The notes below the pieces were generated by a model. The model was not told where the DNA came from. It searched no databases and saw only the letters and a program-made list of their open reading frames with translations. A program made the position numbers and the translations under genes. Below are positions 18,156-27,360 of a stretch of DNA of 53,527 nt, in pieces; position 1 is the stretch's first letter; the number at the start of each line of letters is the position of its first letter. This DNA comes from an uncultured Clostridia bacterium (lineage in GTDB: Bacteria; Bacillota; Clostridia; Oscillospirales; CAG-272): assembly GCA_944384515.1 (NCBI GenBank), contig CALWTU010000020.1:1-53527 (forward strand), read 5' to 3'.

Positions 18156-19146
18156 TTTAAAAGATATAAGAAAAAACGATGTGGAAATATTTTTTGCGGT
18201 AGACGATACATATCTTCCCATAATGGCGCCCGCAATTCTCTCGCTCGGTGAAAAAGCCGACCCGAAAAGAGTATACAACATCAGAGTTCTTCACACGGGT
18301 GTCAATGAAGAATACAAGAAGATGATTCTTGAGAGCCTGACACGCAAAAATATCAGGATAGAATTTATTGACATATCAAAAGATATCACGCAAATTTTTG
18401 AAAAACTGCATACGAGAGACTACTTTTCAAGGACTACATATTACAGACTTTTCATCCCCGGTCTCTTCCCGAACATTGACAAGGCTCTTTATATTGACTG
18501 CGACATAATTCTCAACGAGGATATCGGAAAGCTTTACGATGTTGAGATAGGCGACAACCTTGTCGGCGCCATACCCGACGCATTCGTCAATTCCAACGGT
18601 CCGCTTACAAACTATGCCGAGAGCCGTGTCGGCGTTGACTGTGTAAGACATTATTTCAACGCGGGAATTTTGGTGATGAACCTCAAAGAGATGAGAAAAT
18701 GGGACACCGAAACTCTTTTCAAAAATCTGCTTGACGCCGTTACCTTCAACATTGCGCAGGACCAGGACTATCTGAATGTTATGTGCCGAGGAAGGGTGCA
18801 TTACATCTCCGACACATGGAACTATATGCCCATTGACGGCAGAGTGAGAATAGACTGCCCAAATCTCATTCACTACAACCTCCACTACAAGCCGTGGCAT
18901 ACTGACGGGGTGGATTTTTCAGATCTCTTTCATCACTATGCAAACAGAACACTCTTTGCCGAAATTATAAAGGAAATAAGAAAAAATTATACCGACCTCG
19001 ACCGTAAAAACGCAATGATAGCCACAAACAGACTTGTGACAATGGCGGTAGAGCAGGCGGAGGCAAAAGAAGAAAACAGAATTCTGAGCGAGAAATTTGA
19101 ACAGATACTCTCAAATACTTTCAAAACAAAAGGATATGCGCTATGA
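18139..19146 (+). CDS. glycosyltransferase family 8 (GspA-like)
   Basis: ALYIDCDIIL (DxD) and the HYNLHYKPWH motif typical of GT8. It overlaps the previous gene by 17 nt and follows GGAG. Confidence 0.85.
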   Translation: MRMTNNLKDIRKNDVEIFFAVDDTYLPIMAPAILSLGEKADPKRVYNIRVLHTGVNEEYKKMILESLTRKNIRIEFIDISKDITQIFEKLHTRDYFSRTTYYRLFIPGLFPNIDKALYIDCDIILNEDIGKLYDVEIGDNLVGAIPDAFVNSNGPLTNYAESRVGVDCVRHYFNAGILVMNLKEMRKWDTETLFKNLLDAVTFNIAQDQDYLNVMCRGRVHYISDTWNYMPIDGRVRIDCPNLIHYNLHYKPWHTDGVDFSDLFHHYANRTLFAEIIKEIRKNYTDLDRKNAMIATNRLVTMAVEQAEAKEENRILSEKFEQILSNTFKTKGYAL

Positions 19147-20045
19147 GTGTAAAAGAAGAAAATGCAAAAGCACCGCTATCCAGAACAGAAATCTGCGAAA
19201 AAATAGAAAGATACGAAAGAGAGGGACTCTTCCACCTTGATGTGGAGGACGACCCGCCCACAAAAGTACTGAATCCCGAGGATATAGACTATCTCAAAAG
19301 AGGCTTTAAAAAAGAAATAAAACGATTCTTTGCCTATCGGCTGGCACACCGCTTCTTGAGGATTGCAAAAAGAAAAAAACAGATTGTTTTTAATCCCCCG
19401 GAGGGAATGGAAAATTTAAGGGGCGCCCTGGGCGGCGCAATTATCACATGCAACCATTTTAACGCTTTTGACAGTTTTATCATGCAGGAGATATTTGACA
19501 AATCAAAGCGCAAGAAGAGAATGTACAGGATAATCAGGGAGGGAAACTACACCACATTCGGCGGATTTTTCGGCATATTGATGCGAAACTGCGATACCCT
19601 GCCCCTAAGCTCCAACAACAGAACCCGTGTCAAATTATTCCACGCTATCGGGAAACTGCTTGCAGACGGAAACTCAATTCTTATCTACCCTGAGAAGACA
19701 ATGTGGTACAACTATAAGAAGCCAAAGCCGCTATATCCCGGCGCATTTGATATTGCCGTGCGGCACAATGTACCGGTAATACCGATATTTATAACACTTG
19801 AGGACAGCGATATGCTTGACGCAGACGGACAGCCCGTCAAAATTTATACGCCGCATATCGGAAAACCTATTTATCCCGACATGACACTCGGAAAGTGCGA
19901 GGCGTCGGATCAGCTGCTCAGAAGTACATTTGAGTACAATAAATCCGTCTACGAGAGAGTTTATAAAATTCCCCTCTCGTATACCACGAACCCGTCCTAC
20001 GGACCTGTGGGTCCGAGGGCAAAGGATGATACGCCCGTGAGCTGA
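19143..20045 (+). CDS. 1-acylglycerol-3-phosphate O-acyltransferase-like (LPLAT family) protein
   Basis: Canonical NHFNAFD (HX4D) and IYPEKT motifs. ATGA overlap with the upstream GT8 stop. Confidence 0.85.
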   Translation: MSVKEENAKAPLSRTEICEKIERYEREGLFHLDVEDDPPTKVLNPEDIDYLKRGFKKEIKRFFAYRLAHRFLRIAKRKKQIVFNPPEGMENLRGALGGAIITCNHFNAFDSFIMQEIFDKSKRKKRMYRIIREGNYTTFGGFFGILMRNCDTLPLSSNNRTRVKLFHAIGKLLADGNSILIYPEKTMWYNYKKPKPLYPGAFDIAVRHNVPVIPIFITLEDSDMLDADGQPVKIYTPHIGKPIYPDMTLGKCEASDQLLRSTFEYNKSVYERVYKIPLSYTTNPSYGPVGPRAKDDTPVS

Positions 20046-20080
20046 CTTAAAATAAAAAAGACCGACATAAAAAAACCAAC

Positions 20081-20124
20081 AAGACCGATTTTTATGCGCC
20101 GTGCGCAAAAAATCGGTCTTTTTC
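20081..20124 (+). terminator. intrinsic terminator of the acyltransferase/GT8 operon
   Basis: AAGACCGATTTTT ... AAAAATCGGTCTT stem followed by TTTT. Confidence 0.75.
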
Positions 20125-20232
20125 AGCGGAGAATGAGCTTTTATCAGATTTTCTTAAAATACTGATTTACATTTTGTTTGTAATATTGTATAATAGTAAC
20201 GAATTCAGTTTTGGAGGATAAGGAGCTCTGTT

Positions 20233-22458
20233 ATGAGAAAAAGCAGTTTGTATTTAGGAAAATTTGAGTGCAGTGCGGACGGCGAGCTTATCGCAGGAAT
20301 GCCCGGCACGGTGAGAATTAAGTATACTGTCGGCAAATACGGCATAGATGACGGAGGCTCGATACTTATCCTTCGGCACGGGGTAACCGATTTTCAGAAA
20401 ATAAATCTCACGGAAAAAAACGCCCCCGGCTACTCGGCGGTATACTCTGACGCACACGCCCGCTTCACCGTTGAGGAGTGGGAATGCGTGCGCCCGTACG
20501 AGTCCGGAATACGGATAAAGGTCACTGACGGATTTCTCAAAGAGGGGGACCGTGTTGAGTTTGTTATGGGAGACAGGTCAGGCGGTTCTTTTGGAATTAC
20601 GGTACAGACGGTCGCAGAAAAAGAGCATTTGATAATGCTTGCCGTAGATCCTATCGGCAGCGGCAGATATGAAAAGCTCCCGGATGTAAAGTTCCTCAGA
20701 ATTAAAAACGGCTCCTTTGCGGACTATGATGTTATACTCCCCTCGACGGCTGAAAAAGGCAAGGAATTCGATATCAGAATAAGAGTGGTTGACGATTACG
20801 GCAACCGCTGTGAAGATTTTTCAGGCGAGCTTATTCTTGATGCGCCCGAGGGGCTTAAATGCGAAAGGACTGTTCGCTTTGAAGAGACGGACAAAGGCGC
20901 AAAAACCATAAAGGGTATGATAAATACCGACGGAGCATATAAGATCCGCTCGGTTATGAAAGACTACAACATCAAAAAAACAAGCAATGTATGCAAGACG
21001 GTCGCTGAGGGTGCGCTGAAACTGTACTGGGGAGATATGCACGCTCAGAACGCCGTTGCCTCCGGAATCGGAAGCATGGACGATGCTCTCTCTTTTGCAA
21101 AGGACATCGGAGCACTTGATTTTACAGGCTGGCAAGGCAACGATTTTGAGATCTCGGATAAGAACTGGGAGCTTGTAAAGAAAAAAATCGAGGAATACAA
21201 CGCACCGAACAAATTCGTTGTATTTTCAGGCTACGAGTGGTCTGGAATAACACCGCTCGGCGGAGATCACAACATCTACTTCAAAACGGACAAGTCCGAG
21301 ATTTGCCGCTCAAACCGCTGGCTGTGGAAACCGGATGAATACGGACTGCCCCAAGGGCGAGAGGATGACGGCAGTGACTGCTCTCCCATAAGCGAACTCT
21401 GGGAACACTTTGGGGGAAGAGATGATGTCATGGCAATACCGCATGTCGGCGGAAGATACGGAAATTTTGATTTCTTCAATCCCGAATTTACAAGCGTCAT
21501 TGAGATATACTCCCACCACGGAATATTTGAGTGGTATATCGAGGAGGCTATAAAGCGCAGAATGAAGGTGGGATTTATTGCGGCAAGCGACGACCACACA
21601 TCAAGAGTGGGACTGTCCTACCCCATGGGCACAAACAGCTCGGATATCGGCGCAACATTTGATGTAAGATCGGGACTCACCGCCGTATACGCCGAAAACC
21701 TGACACGGGATGGCATATGGAACGCAATAAAGGCGAGAAGATGCTATGCGGCAACATCCTCAAGGATAATACTTGACTTCAGCTGTAACGGTCATATGAT
21801 GGGAGAGGAAGCCGAGACAGATGAGCTGCCGCACCTTAAAATCAGTCTGAACGCTCCGTCTCCGATAGACAGAGTGGAAATATTCAGAGGTCTTGAACTT
21901 ATACACACCGAGTACTGCGGAAACTATAAAAGAGAGGTCCGAGCCGAAAAGATAAAAATAGTTTACAGCGGAGTAAGCTCGAGGCTGAGAAAAAAATCTA
22001 CTGTATGGAGCGGAAATATATATATTAAGCACGCAAGCATTCTCAATGCCGAAAACTACTCGGTGGACAACGCATTTGAGGGCATAAAAGGATATGACAG
22101 GCACTGTATAAACTTTGTATCAAGGACATCGGGAGACGAGGACGGCGTTATAATCACGCTTGTACCGGAGCCCAAAAAGGAGTGCAGCATACTCTTCCAA
22201 AGCAAACAGGCAAATATTGAAGTACCCCTCTCGGAAATCTTAAAATCATCGCACGGGGTGACCTTTGATGTCGGCGAGGTGAACAGAAAAGTATGTTTTT
22301 CAAAGGAATATGACTCTGATGTATGCGATAGTTTGGTTGAGTATACAGACACAGGTGTGACAGAAGGGGTCAATCAGTATTATGTCAAGGTCTACCAAAA
22401 GGACGGCAACAGAGCATGGAGCTCCCCGATATTCATTAACTTTAAAGAGAAGAAATAA
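20233..22458 (+). CDS. PHP/DUF3604-like putative metallohydrolase with N-terminal beta-sandwich-like region
   Basis: 741 aa, ATG after GGAGGATAAGGAG. Motifs are YWGDMHAQN (a PHP motif-I-like GDxHxH with the second His replaced), GDHNIYF, IPHVGGRYG, IYSHHG and AASDDHTS. The family assignment is from memory of these motifs. Confidence 0.55.
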   Translation: MRKSSLYLGKFECSADGELIAGMPGTVRIKYTVGKYGIDDGGSILILRHGVTDFQKINLTEKNAPGYSAVYSDAHARFTVEEWECVRPYESGIRIKVTDGFLKEGDRVEFVMGDRSGGSFGITVQTVAEKEHLIMLAVDPIGSGRYEKLPDVKFLRIKNGSFADYDVILPSTAEKGKEFDIRIRVVDDYGNRCEDFSGELILDAPEGLKCERTVRFEETDKGAKTIKGMINTDGAYKIRSVMKDYNIKKTSNVCKTVAEGALKLYWGDMHAQNAVASGIGSMDDALSFAKDIGALDFTGWQGNDFEISDKNWELVKKKIEEYNAPNKFVVFSGYEWSGITPLGGDHNIYFKTDKSEICRSNRWLWKPDEYGLPQGREDDGSDCSPISELWEHFGGRDDVMAIPHVGGRYGNFDFFNPEFTSVIEIYSHHGIFEWYIEEAIKRRMKVGFIAASDDHTSRVGLSYPMGTNSSDIGATFDVRSGLTAVYAENLTRDGIWNAIKARRCYAATSSRIILDFSCNGHMMGEEAETDELPHLKISLNAPSPIDRVEIFRGLELIHTEYCGNYKREVRAEKIKIVYSGVSSRLRKKSTVWSGNIYIKHASILNAENYSVDNAFEGIKGYDRHCINFVSRTSGDEDGVIITLVPEPKKECSILFQSKQANIEVPLSEILKSSHGVTFDVGEVNRKVCFSKEYDSDVCDSLVEYTDTGVTEGVNQYYVKVYQKDGNRAWSSPIFINFKEKK

Positions 22459-22522
22459 AGTCAGAACAGATAATCTGCGGGAGTATTGTCCACTTAATTT
22501 AAGCTCTGAATAAAACAAAAAG

Positions 22523-22595
22523 AGACTGCCGGGACACTCTGAAGGTGCAGCGGTCAGTCTTTTTTTATTAAAGCGGGTAAAACCGCTTTATTTTC
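22523..22595 (+). terminator. tandem intrinsic terminators
   Basis: Hairpin AGACTGCCG...CGGTCAGTCT (one bulge) followed by TTTTTTT, then a second hairpin AAAGCGG-gtaaaa-CCGCTTT followed by ATTTT. Confidence 0.65.
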
Positions 22596-22805
22596 TCCGA
22601 TGTTATCTGCAAGTTATAATTTTCCGAAATTGCTTTTTAAAAAATTGTATTCTTGCATTTACCGTAATTTTGCGCAGTAATTTGCACGGGGCGGTATTTG
22701 ACAAATACAATCTGTGAAACGGACTTTATTTTTCGGGCGGATAGCATATCAGCGCCTCAACGCCGCTGAGCGTTATGCGTTTTTGTATAAAAAATAAAAT
22801 CTGTA

Positions 22806-22834
22806 TTGACATTAACTTTTCTTTAATATATAAT
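22806..22834 (+). promoter_or_regulatory. promoter of glnN
   Basis: TTGACA (22806-22811), a 17-nt spacer, then TATAAT (22829-22834), about 40 nt upstream of the ATG. Confidence 0.6.
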
Positions 22835-22873
22835 TACTTTGTATTATAAAAATATTTTGATAGAAGAGGAATT

Positions 22874-24973
22874 ATGGAAAAGAGCGAAAGAATAACCGAT
22901 ATTTACGCATCAATGGTTTTCAGCGAAGATGTGATGAGGGAGAGACTGCCCAAAGAGGTTTATAAATCTCTGATAAACACAATTGCCAACGGAAATGAAA
23001 TTGATGCAGGTATTGCAGATGTGGTCGCCGGAGTTATGAAAGACTGGGCAATTGAGCACGGTGCGACACATTATACACACTGGTTTCATCCTCTGAACGG
23101 ATTTACGGCGGAGAAGCACGAAGCGTTTCTGACTCCCGTCGGCGGAGGAAAAGCAATAACCGAATTCTCGGGAAAGGAACTCATAAAGGGCGAACCCGAC
23201 GCCTCCTCCCTGCCCTCCGGCGGACTGCGCGCCACATTTGAGGCAAGAGGATATACCGCATGGGACCCTGCCTCATATGCGTTCATAAAGGACGGATCTC
23301 TTTATATTCCGACGGCTTTCTGCTCATATACAGGAGAGGCGCTGGACACAAAAACACCGCTGCTGCGCTCAATGGATGCAGTCAACACCGAGGCTATGCG
23401 TATTCTCAGAATATTCGGCGACAATACATCACGCAGAGTGCTCTCCACCGTCGGCGCCGAGCAGGAATACTTCCTTATAAAGGAAGAGGACTTTAAGGCA
23501 AGACGCGACCTCTTCTACTGCGGCAGAACCCTGTTCGGAGCGCCGGCAATCAAGGGACAGGAGATGGAGGACCATTATTTCGGAGCGCTGCGGCCGAAAG
23601 TTAAGGAGTTTATGAAAGAGCTTGACTTTGAACTCTGGAAACTCGGGATTGCGGCAAAGACAAAACACAACGAGACAGCACCCGCACAGCACGAGCTTGC
23701 GCCGCTGTTCTGCACTACGAATATAGCCGTTGACCAGAACCTGCTGATTATGGAAGAGATGAAGACTATCGCTCAGAGGCACGGCATGGAATGCCTCTTG
23801 TCGGAAAAACCGTTTATGGGTATAAACGGCTCCGGAAAACATAACAACTGGTCTCTCGGCACCGATACCGGCATAAACCTTTTAAAACCCGGGAAAAAAC
23901 CGTGCGAGAACAAACTGTTCCTGCTTGTGCTCGCCGCTGTAATCAAGGCGGTGGACGAGTATCAGGATCTTTTGCGTATTTCCGCGGCAACACCGGGAAA
24001 TGACTGCCGTCTCGGCGGAGACGAGGCACCGCCCGCAATCATCTCAATATTCCTCGGAGATGAACTTGACACAATAGTTAATTCTATTGTGGACGGCTCG
24101 GTCTACAACAAAAAACAGTCAAAATACATGTCGCTCGGAGTTGCGACAGTGCCCTCAATCAGAGTGGACGACACGGACAGAAACAGAACGTCTCCGTTTG
24201 CGTTTACAGGCAACAAGTTTGAGTTCAGAATGGTGGGCTCCTCTCAGAACATCGCTCTTGCCAACATCGTGCTCAACACCGCTGTCGCAAACTCATTCTC
24301 ACAGTTTGCGGATGTGCTTGAAGGAGCTGAAAATGTCAGCACCGCAATAGACAAACTGCTTGCGGATACCTTCAGGGAACACAGGAGAATTCTCTTTGCG
24401 GGCAACTCTTACAGTGCGGAATGGGAAGCTGAGGCAAAGGCGAGAGGACTGTCAAACTTCAAGACATCGACCGAGGCGTACTCTCACTTTACAGACGAGA
24501 AGAATGTCGAGCTGTTTACAAAATACGGCGTAATGAGCAAGACTGAGATGATATCAAGAAGAGAAATCTTCTTTGAAAATTACAGAAAAGTCAAGAACAT
24601 CGAGGCAAAGACAATGCTTGAGATGACGGTGAGAGACTTTATCCCCGCTGTATCCTCTTATATCACAGAACTCGCTGAGGGAATCAACCTCAAAAAATCC
24701 GCTCTCAAGACGGCGGACACATCCTGTGAAGAAGGAATTATGGAAAAACTCTCAGGACTTCTCGGCAAAACATACGAGGCATACCGCGCGCTTGAGGCAG
24801 CAGAGGCAAAAGCCGTTGCTATCAAGGATGTTGAAGAGGCGGCGCTCTACTACACAGGCACTGTTGAGGCAAAAATGCTTGCACTCAGAAAATATGTCGA
24901 CCAGATGGAACTTCTCACAAAGAGATCGGCATGGCCGGTGCCTACCTACGGCGACTTAACATTCGGAGTGTAA
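22874..24973 (+). CDS. glnN: glutamine synthetase type III
   Basis: 699 aa, the typical GSIII length. The N-terminus (FSEDVMRERLPKEVYKSL...HWFHPLNG...AEKH) and the NGSGKHNNWS motif are characteristic of GSIII. Confidence 0.93.
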   Translation: MEKSERITDIYASMVFSEDVMRERLPKEVYKSLINTIANGNEIDAGIADVVAGVMKDWAIEHGATHYTHWFHPLNGFTAEKHEAFLTPVGGGKAITEFSGKELIKGEPDASSLPSGGLRATFEARGYTAWDPASYAFIKDGSLYIPTAFCSYTGEALDTKTPLLRSMDAVNTEAMRILRIFGDNTSRRVLSTVGAEQEYFLIKEEDFKARRDLFYCGRTLFGAPAIKGQEMEDHYFGALRPKVKEFMKELDFELWKLGIAAKTKHNETAPAQHELAPLFCTTNIAVDQNLLIMEEMKTIAQRHGMECLLSEKPFMGINGSGKHNNWSLGTDTGINLLKPGKKPCENKLFLLVLAAVIKAVDEYQDLLRISAATPGNDCRLGGDEAPPAIISIFLGDELDTIVNSIVDGSVYNKKQSKYMSLGVATVPSIRVDDTDRNRTSPFAFTGNKFEFRMVGSSQNIALANIVLNTAVANSFSQFADVLEGAENVSTAIDKLLADTFREHRRILFAGNSYSAEWEAEAKARGLSNFKTSTEAYSHFTDEKNVELFTKYGVMSKTEMISRREIFFENYRKVKNIEAKTMLEMTVRDFIPAVSSYITELAEGINLKKSALKTADTSCEEGIMEKLSGLLGKTYEAYRALEAAEAKAVAIKDVEEAALYYTGTVEAKMLALRKYVDQMELLTKRSAWPVPTYGDLTFGV

Positions 24974-25000
24974 AATTATTCGTTGTGAAGGAGTAAAATT

Positions 25001-27103
25001 ATGAAAATTTTTAGCAAAATCTTAGTTATAAACGGAGCGCCGCTTGAGGGTGTCTCACCGCTGCCGAAGTTCAGGAGCAGAAAAGCGGGCAAGGTAAATT
25101 ATGTCGAGCCGTTCCCCAAAGAACTCAAAGAATCGGCAGGCGTATACGAAAAGGCGCTGCCCTATCTCATGCAGGACAGATACTCAAGAAAGAGAATTCC
25201 TCTGAAGCTTAAATGCATTGTTCTTGAAAACGAGTATCTTAAGGCGGAATTTCTGCCCGAATACGGAGGCAGACTCCACTCTCTCTACGACAAGACCGAG
25301 CAAAGAGAACTCATAATGACAAATACCGTAATACAGCCCTGCAACCTCGCTATAAGAAACGCATGGCTCTCCGGCGGCATTGAGTGGAATGTAGGAAGTC
25401 TCGGCCATACATACACCACCTGCGACAATGTATTTGTCGCAAAGCTCAACGACACAGAAGGCAACGAGTTTATCCGAATTTATGAGTTTGAGAGACTCAA
25501 AAACATTTTCTGGCAGATAGATTTCCACCTGCCGGACGGCTCAAAGCAGCTTATCTCGCATGTAAAAATGATAAATCCGTTTGACAGAGACACGACAACA
25601 TACTGGTGGTCAAATATTGCGGTACCCGACACGGGCAAGACGAGAATACTCTCCTCTGAAAAATATATGATATCATTCGTAAACTCGGGACTTGCATACG
25701 AAAGACTGCCGCACATGTCCTCATTTGAGGGAAAGGATATGTCTTATGCGCAGAATGCGTCAAGAAGCTTTGACTTCTTTATCCAGCCCGAAAATATGAA
25801 AAAATGCACATGGGAAGCGGCGGCATATGAGGACGGACTGACATTCTTTGAGCGCTCGACGCCGCCGCTGTCATACAAGAAACTCTTCGGCTGGGGCTCG
25901 CACCCTGCGGGATTCCACTGGCAGGAGTTCCTCTCCGAACCGGGCAAGGGCTACTACGCCGAAATGCAGGCAGGTATAGCTCCGAGTCAGCTGCACGACA
26001 AGATACTGAAGGCAAACTCAAAATATGAGTGGACACAGTGCTTCGGAGGTCTGAGAGGAGACAAAAATATGCTGCACGCCCCCGACTTTGACAGTGCGGC
26101 TGAATATCTCGGTGAGCTGATAGACGCAGAGCTTGACGAAAAGACGCTGAATGCTCTTGACAAAAAACTTGAGAAACTCGCCTCGCTCAAAGTCAGCGCA
26201 GACATGATAATACATAACGGCTCGGGATTCGGAGCGGTTGAGGCAATGCGTATGGAGTGCGATAAAGACGGCACGGTACCCGCATCAATGTGCTTCCCTG
26301 CCTCAACTGTCGGCAAAGCGGAGTACCCGTGGGTATACCTTCTGAAAGAAGGCGTTCTGCCCGTCGCAGACGAAAAAGAGATGCTCACATCCTTTATGGT
26401 AAACTACAAGTGGAGAGAAAAAATCAAAAAATCACTTGAGATGCCCGGCGGACGGCACTGGTACAGCCTTATGCAGTACGGTGTTATGGAGTATGAGATC
26501 TCGGACAACTCGGTTTATGTAAACGCCGCTCATACAGATGAAAATATCAAAGAGCAGGCGGAGCGTGCCGAGAAAATATGGCTTGAGTCAATTGCCGAAA
26601 AGCCGAGCTACTGGGTATACAGAAACCTTGCGGTTCTTGAAAAGGACAGAGGACAGCTTGAGCGGGCGGAGATGTATTATGACAAGGCTCTCGGTATGGA
26701 AGGCTGTTTTGACGACTTCGGTCTTGTATCTGAATACCTCGGACTGTTAAGCAGCACGGGCAAGTACGAAAAGCTCTGGCAGATATACTCAGCTCTTCCC
26801 GATAACTGCAAATCGAAGGACAGAATTAAGATATATGCGGCGAATGCGGCGGTTAAACTCGACAAATTCGATTATATCGAAAACTTCTTTAAAGAGGAGC
26901 ATTATGATATAAGAGAGGGCGAATGCTCGCTGACCGATGTATGGTTTGAGTTCTGCGCCAAGAAGCTGGCACGGGAGCGCAATATTGAGTTTAGCGGCGA
27001 AAATGCGGAAAAACTGCTTGACGAGGTATGGGAGAGCTGTCCCCCGCCAAAGGACATTGACTTCCGCCAGTCATATAACAGAAACAACAAGTACCGTGTC
27101 TGA
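25001..27103 (+). CDS. DUF5107-like protein with C-terminal TPR-like repeats
   Basis: 700 aa. ATG follows GAAGGAG, 27 nt after the glnN stop with no terminator between. The N-terminal LENEYLKAEFLPEYGGRLHSLYDK segment resembles DUF5107 (from memory). The C-terminal about 150 aa are helical and repeat-like (AEMYYDKALGM...). Confidence 0.55.
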   Translation: MKIFSKILVINGAPLEGVSPLPKFRSRKAGKVNYVEPFPKELKESAGVYEKALPYLMQDRYSRKRIPLKLKCIVLENEYLKAEFLPEYGGRLHSLYDKTEQRELIMTNTVIQPCNLAIRNAWLSGGIEWNVGSLGHTYTTCDNVFVAKLNDTEGNEFIRIYEFERLKNIFWQIDFHLPDGSKQLISHVKMINPFDRDTTTYWWSNIAVPDTGKTRILSSEKYMISFVNSGLAYERLPHMSSFEGKDMSYAQNASRSFDFFIQPENMKKCTWEAAAYEDGLTFFERSTPPLSYKKLFGWGSHPAGFHWQEFLSEPGKGYYAEMQAGIAPSQLHDKILKANSKYEWTQCFGGLRGDKNMLHAPDFDSAAEYLGELIDAELDEKTLNALDKKLEKLASLKVSADMIIHNGSGFGAVEAMRMECDKDGTVPASMCFPASTVGKAEYPWVYLLKEGVLPVADEKEMLTSFMVNYKWREKIKKSLEMPGGRHWYSLMQYGVMEYEISDNSVYVNAAHTDENIKEQAERAEKIWLESIAEKPSYWVYRNLAVLEKDRGQLERAEMYYDKALGMEGCFDDFGLVSEYLGLLSSTGKYEKLWQIYSALPDNCKSKDRIKIYAANAAVKLDKFDYIENFFKEEHYDIREGECSLTDVWFEFCAKKLARERNIEFSGENAEKLLDEVWESCPPPKDIDFRQSYNRNNKYRV

Positions 27104-27242
27104 TTTACCGCCTGCGGTACCCCGCACACCGCAAAGCGGAGTTTGAGCTAAGCAAACATTGCTCTAAGGAACAATGCCTGCGGCATCTTTACCGCAATAT
27201 GCGGGTTTATACGACACTTATAAAAATGTAAATAAAAGAAAA

Positions 27243-27335
27243 AAGCTTGCGCCATGATTTTTATCAGGGTGTAAGCTTTTTCATCTTTTATCAAGGTGTA
27301 GGCTTATTATGTTTTATCAGAATGTAAGCCTTTTT
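27243..27335. terminator. pair of terminator hairpins between convergent genes (embedded in a 3-copy tandem repeat)
   Basis: The first stem is AAGCTTGCGCC (27243-27253) with GGTGTAAGCTT (27268-27278). It is followed by TTTT on the plus strand and preceded by an A-run, so it can act in both directions. The second stem is GGCTTA (27301-27306) with TAAGCC (27325-27330), followed by TTTTT. Confidence 0.6.
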
Positions 27336-27360
27336 GTCACCGAAAAAATATCGGGTACAG

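Noticed and set aside
16274-20045. Possible base-composition shift marking the acyltransferase/GT8 cassette as horizontally acquired
   Set aside because: Spot counts of 60-nt samples gave about 43-45 percent GC inside the cassette and about 40 percent in a PFOR sample. That is no visible difference, so the claim cannot be supported without a proper sliding-window calculation.
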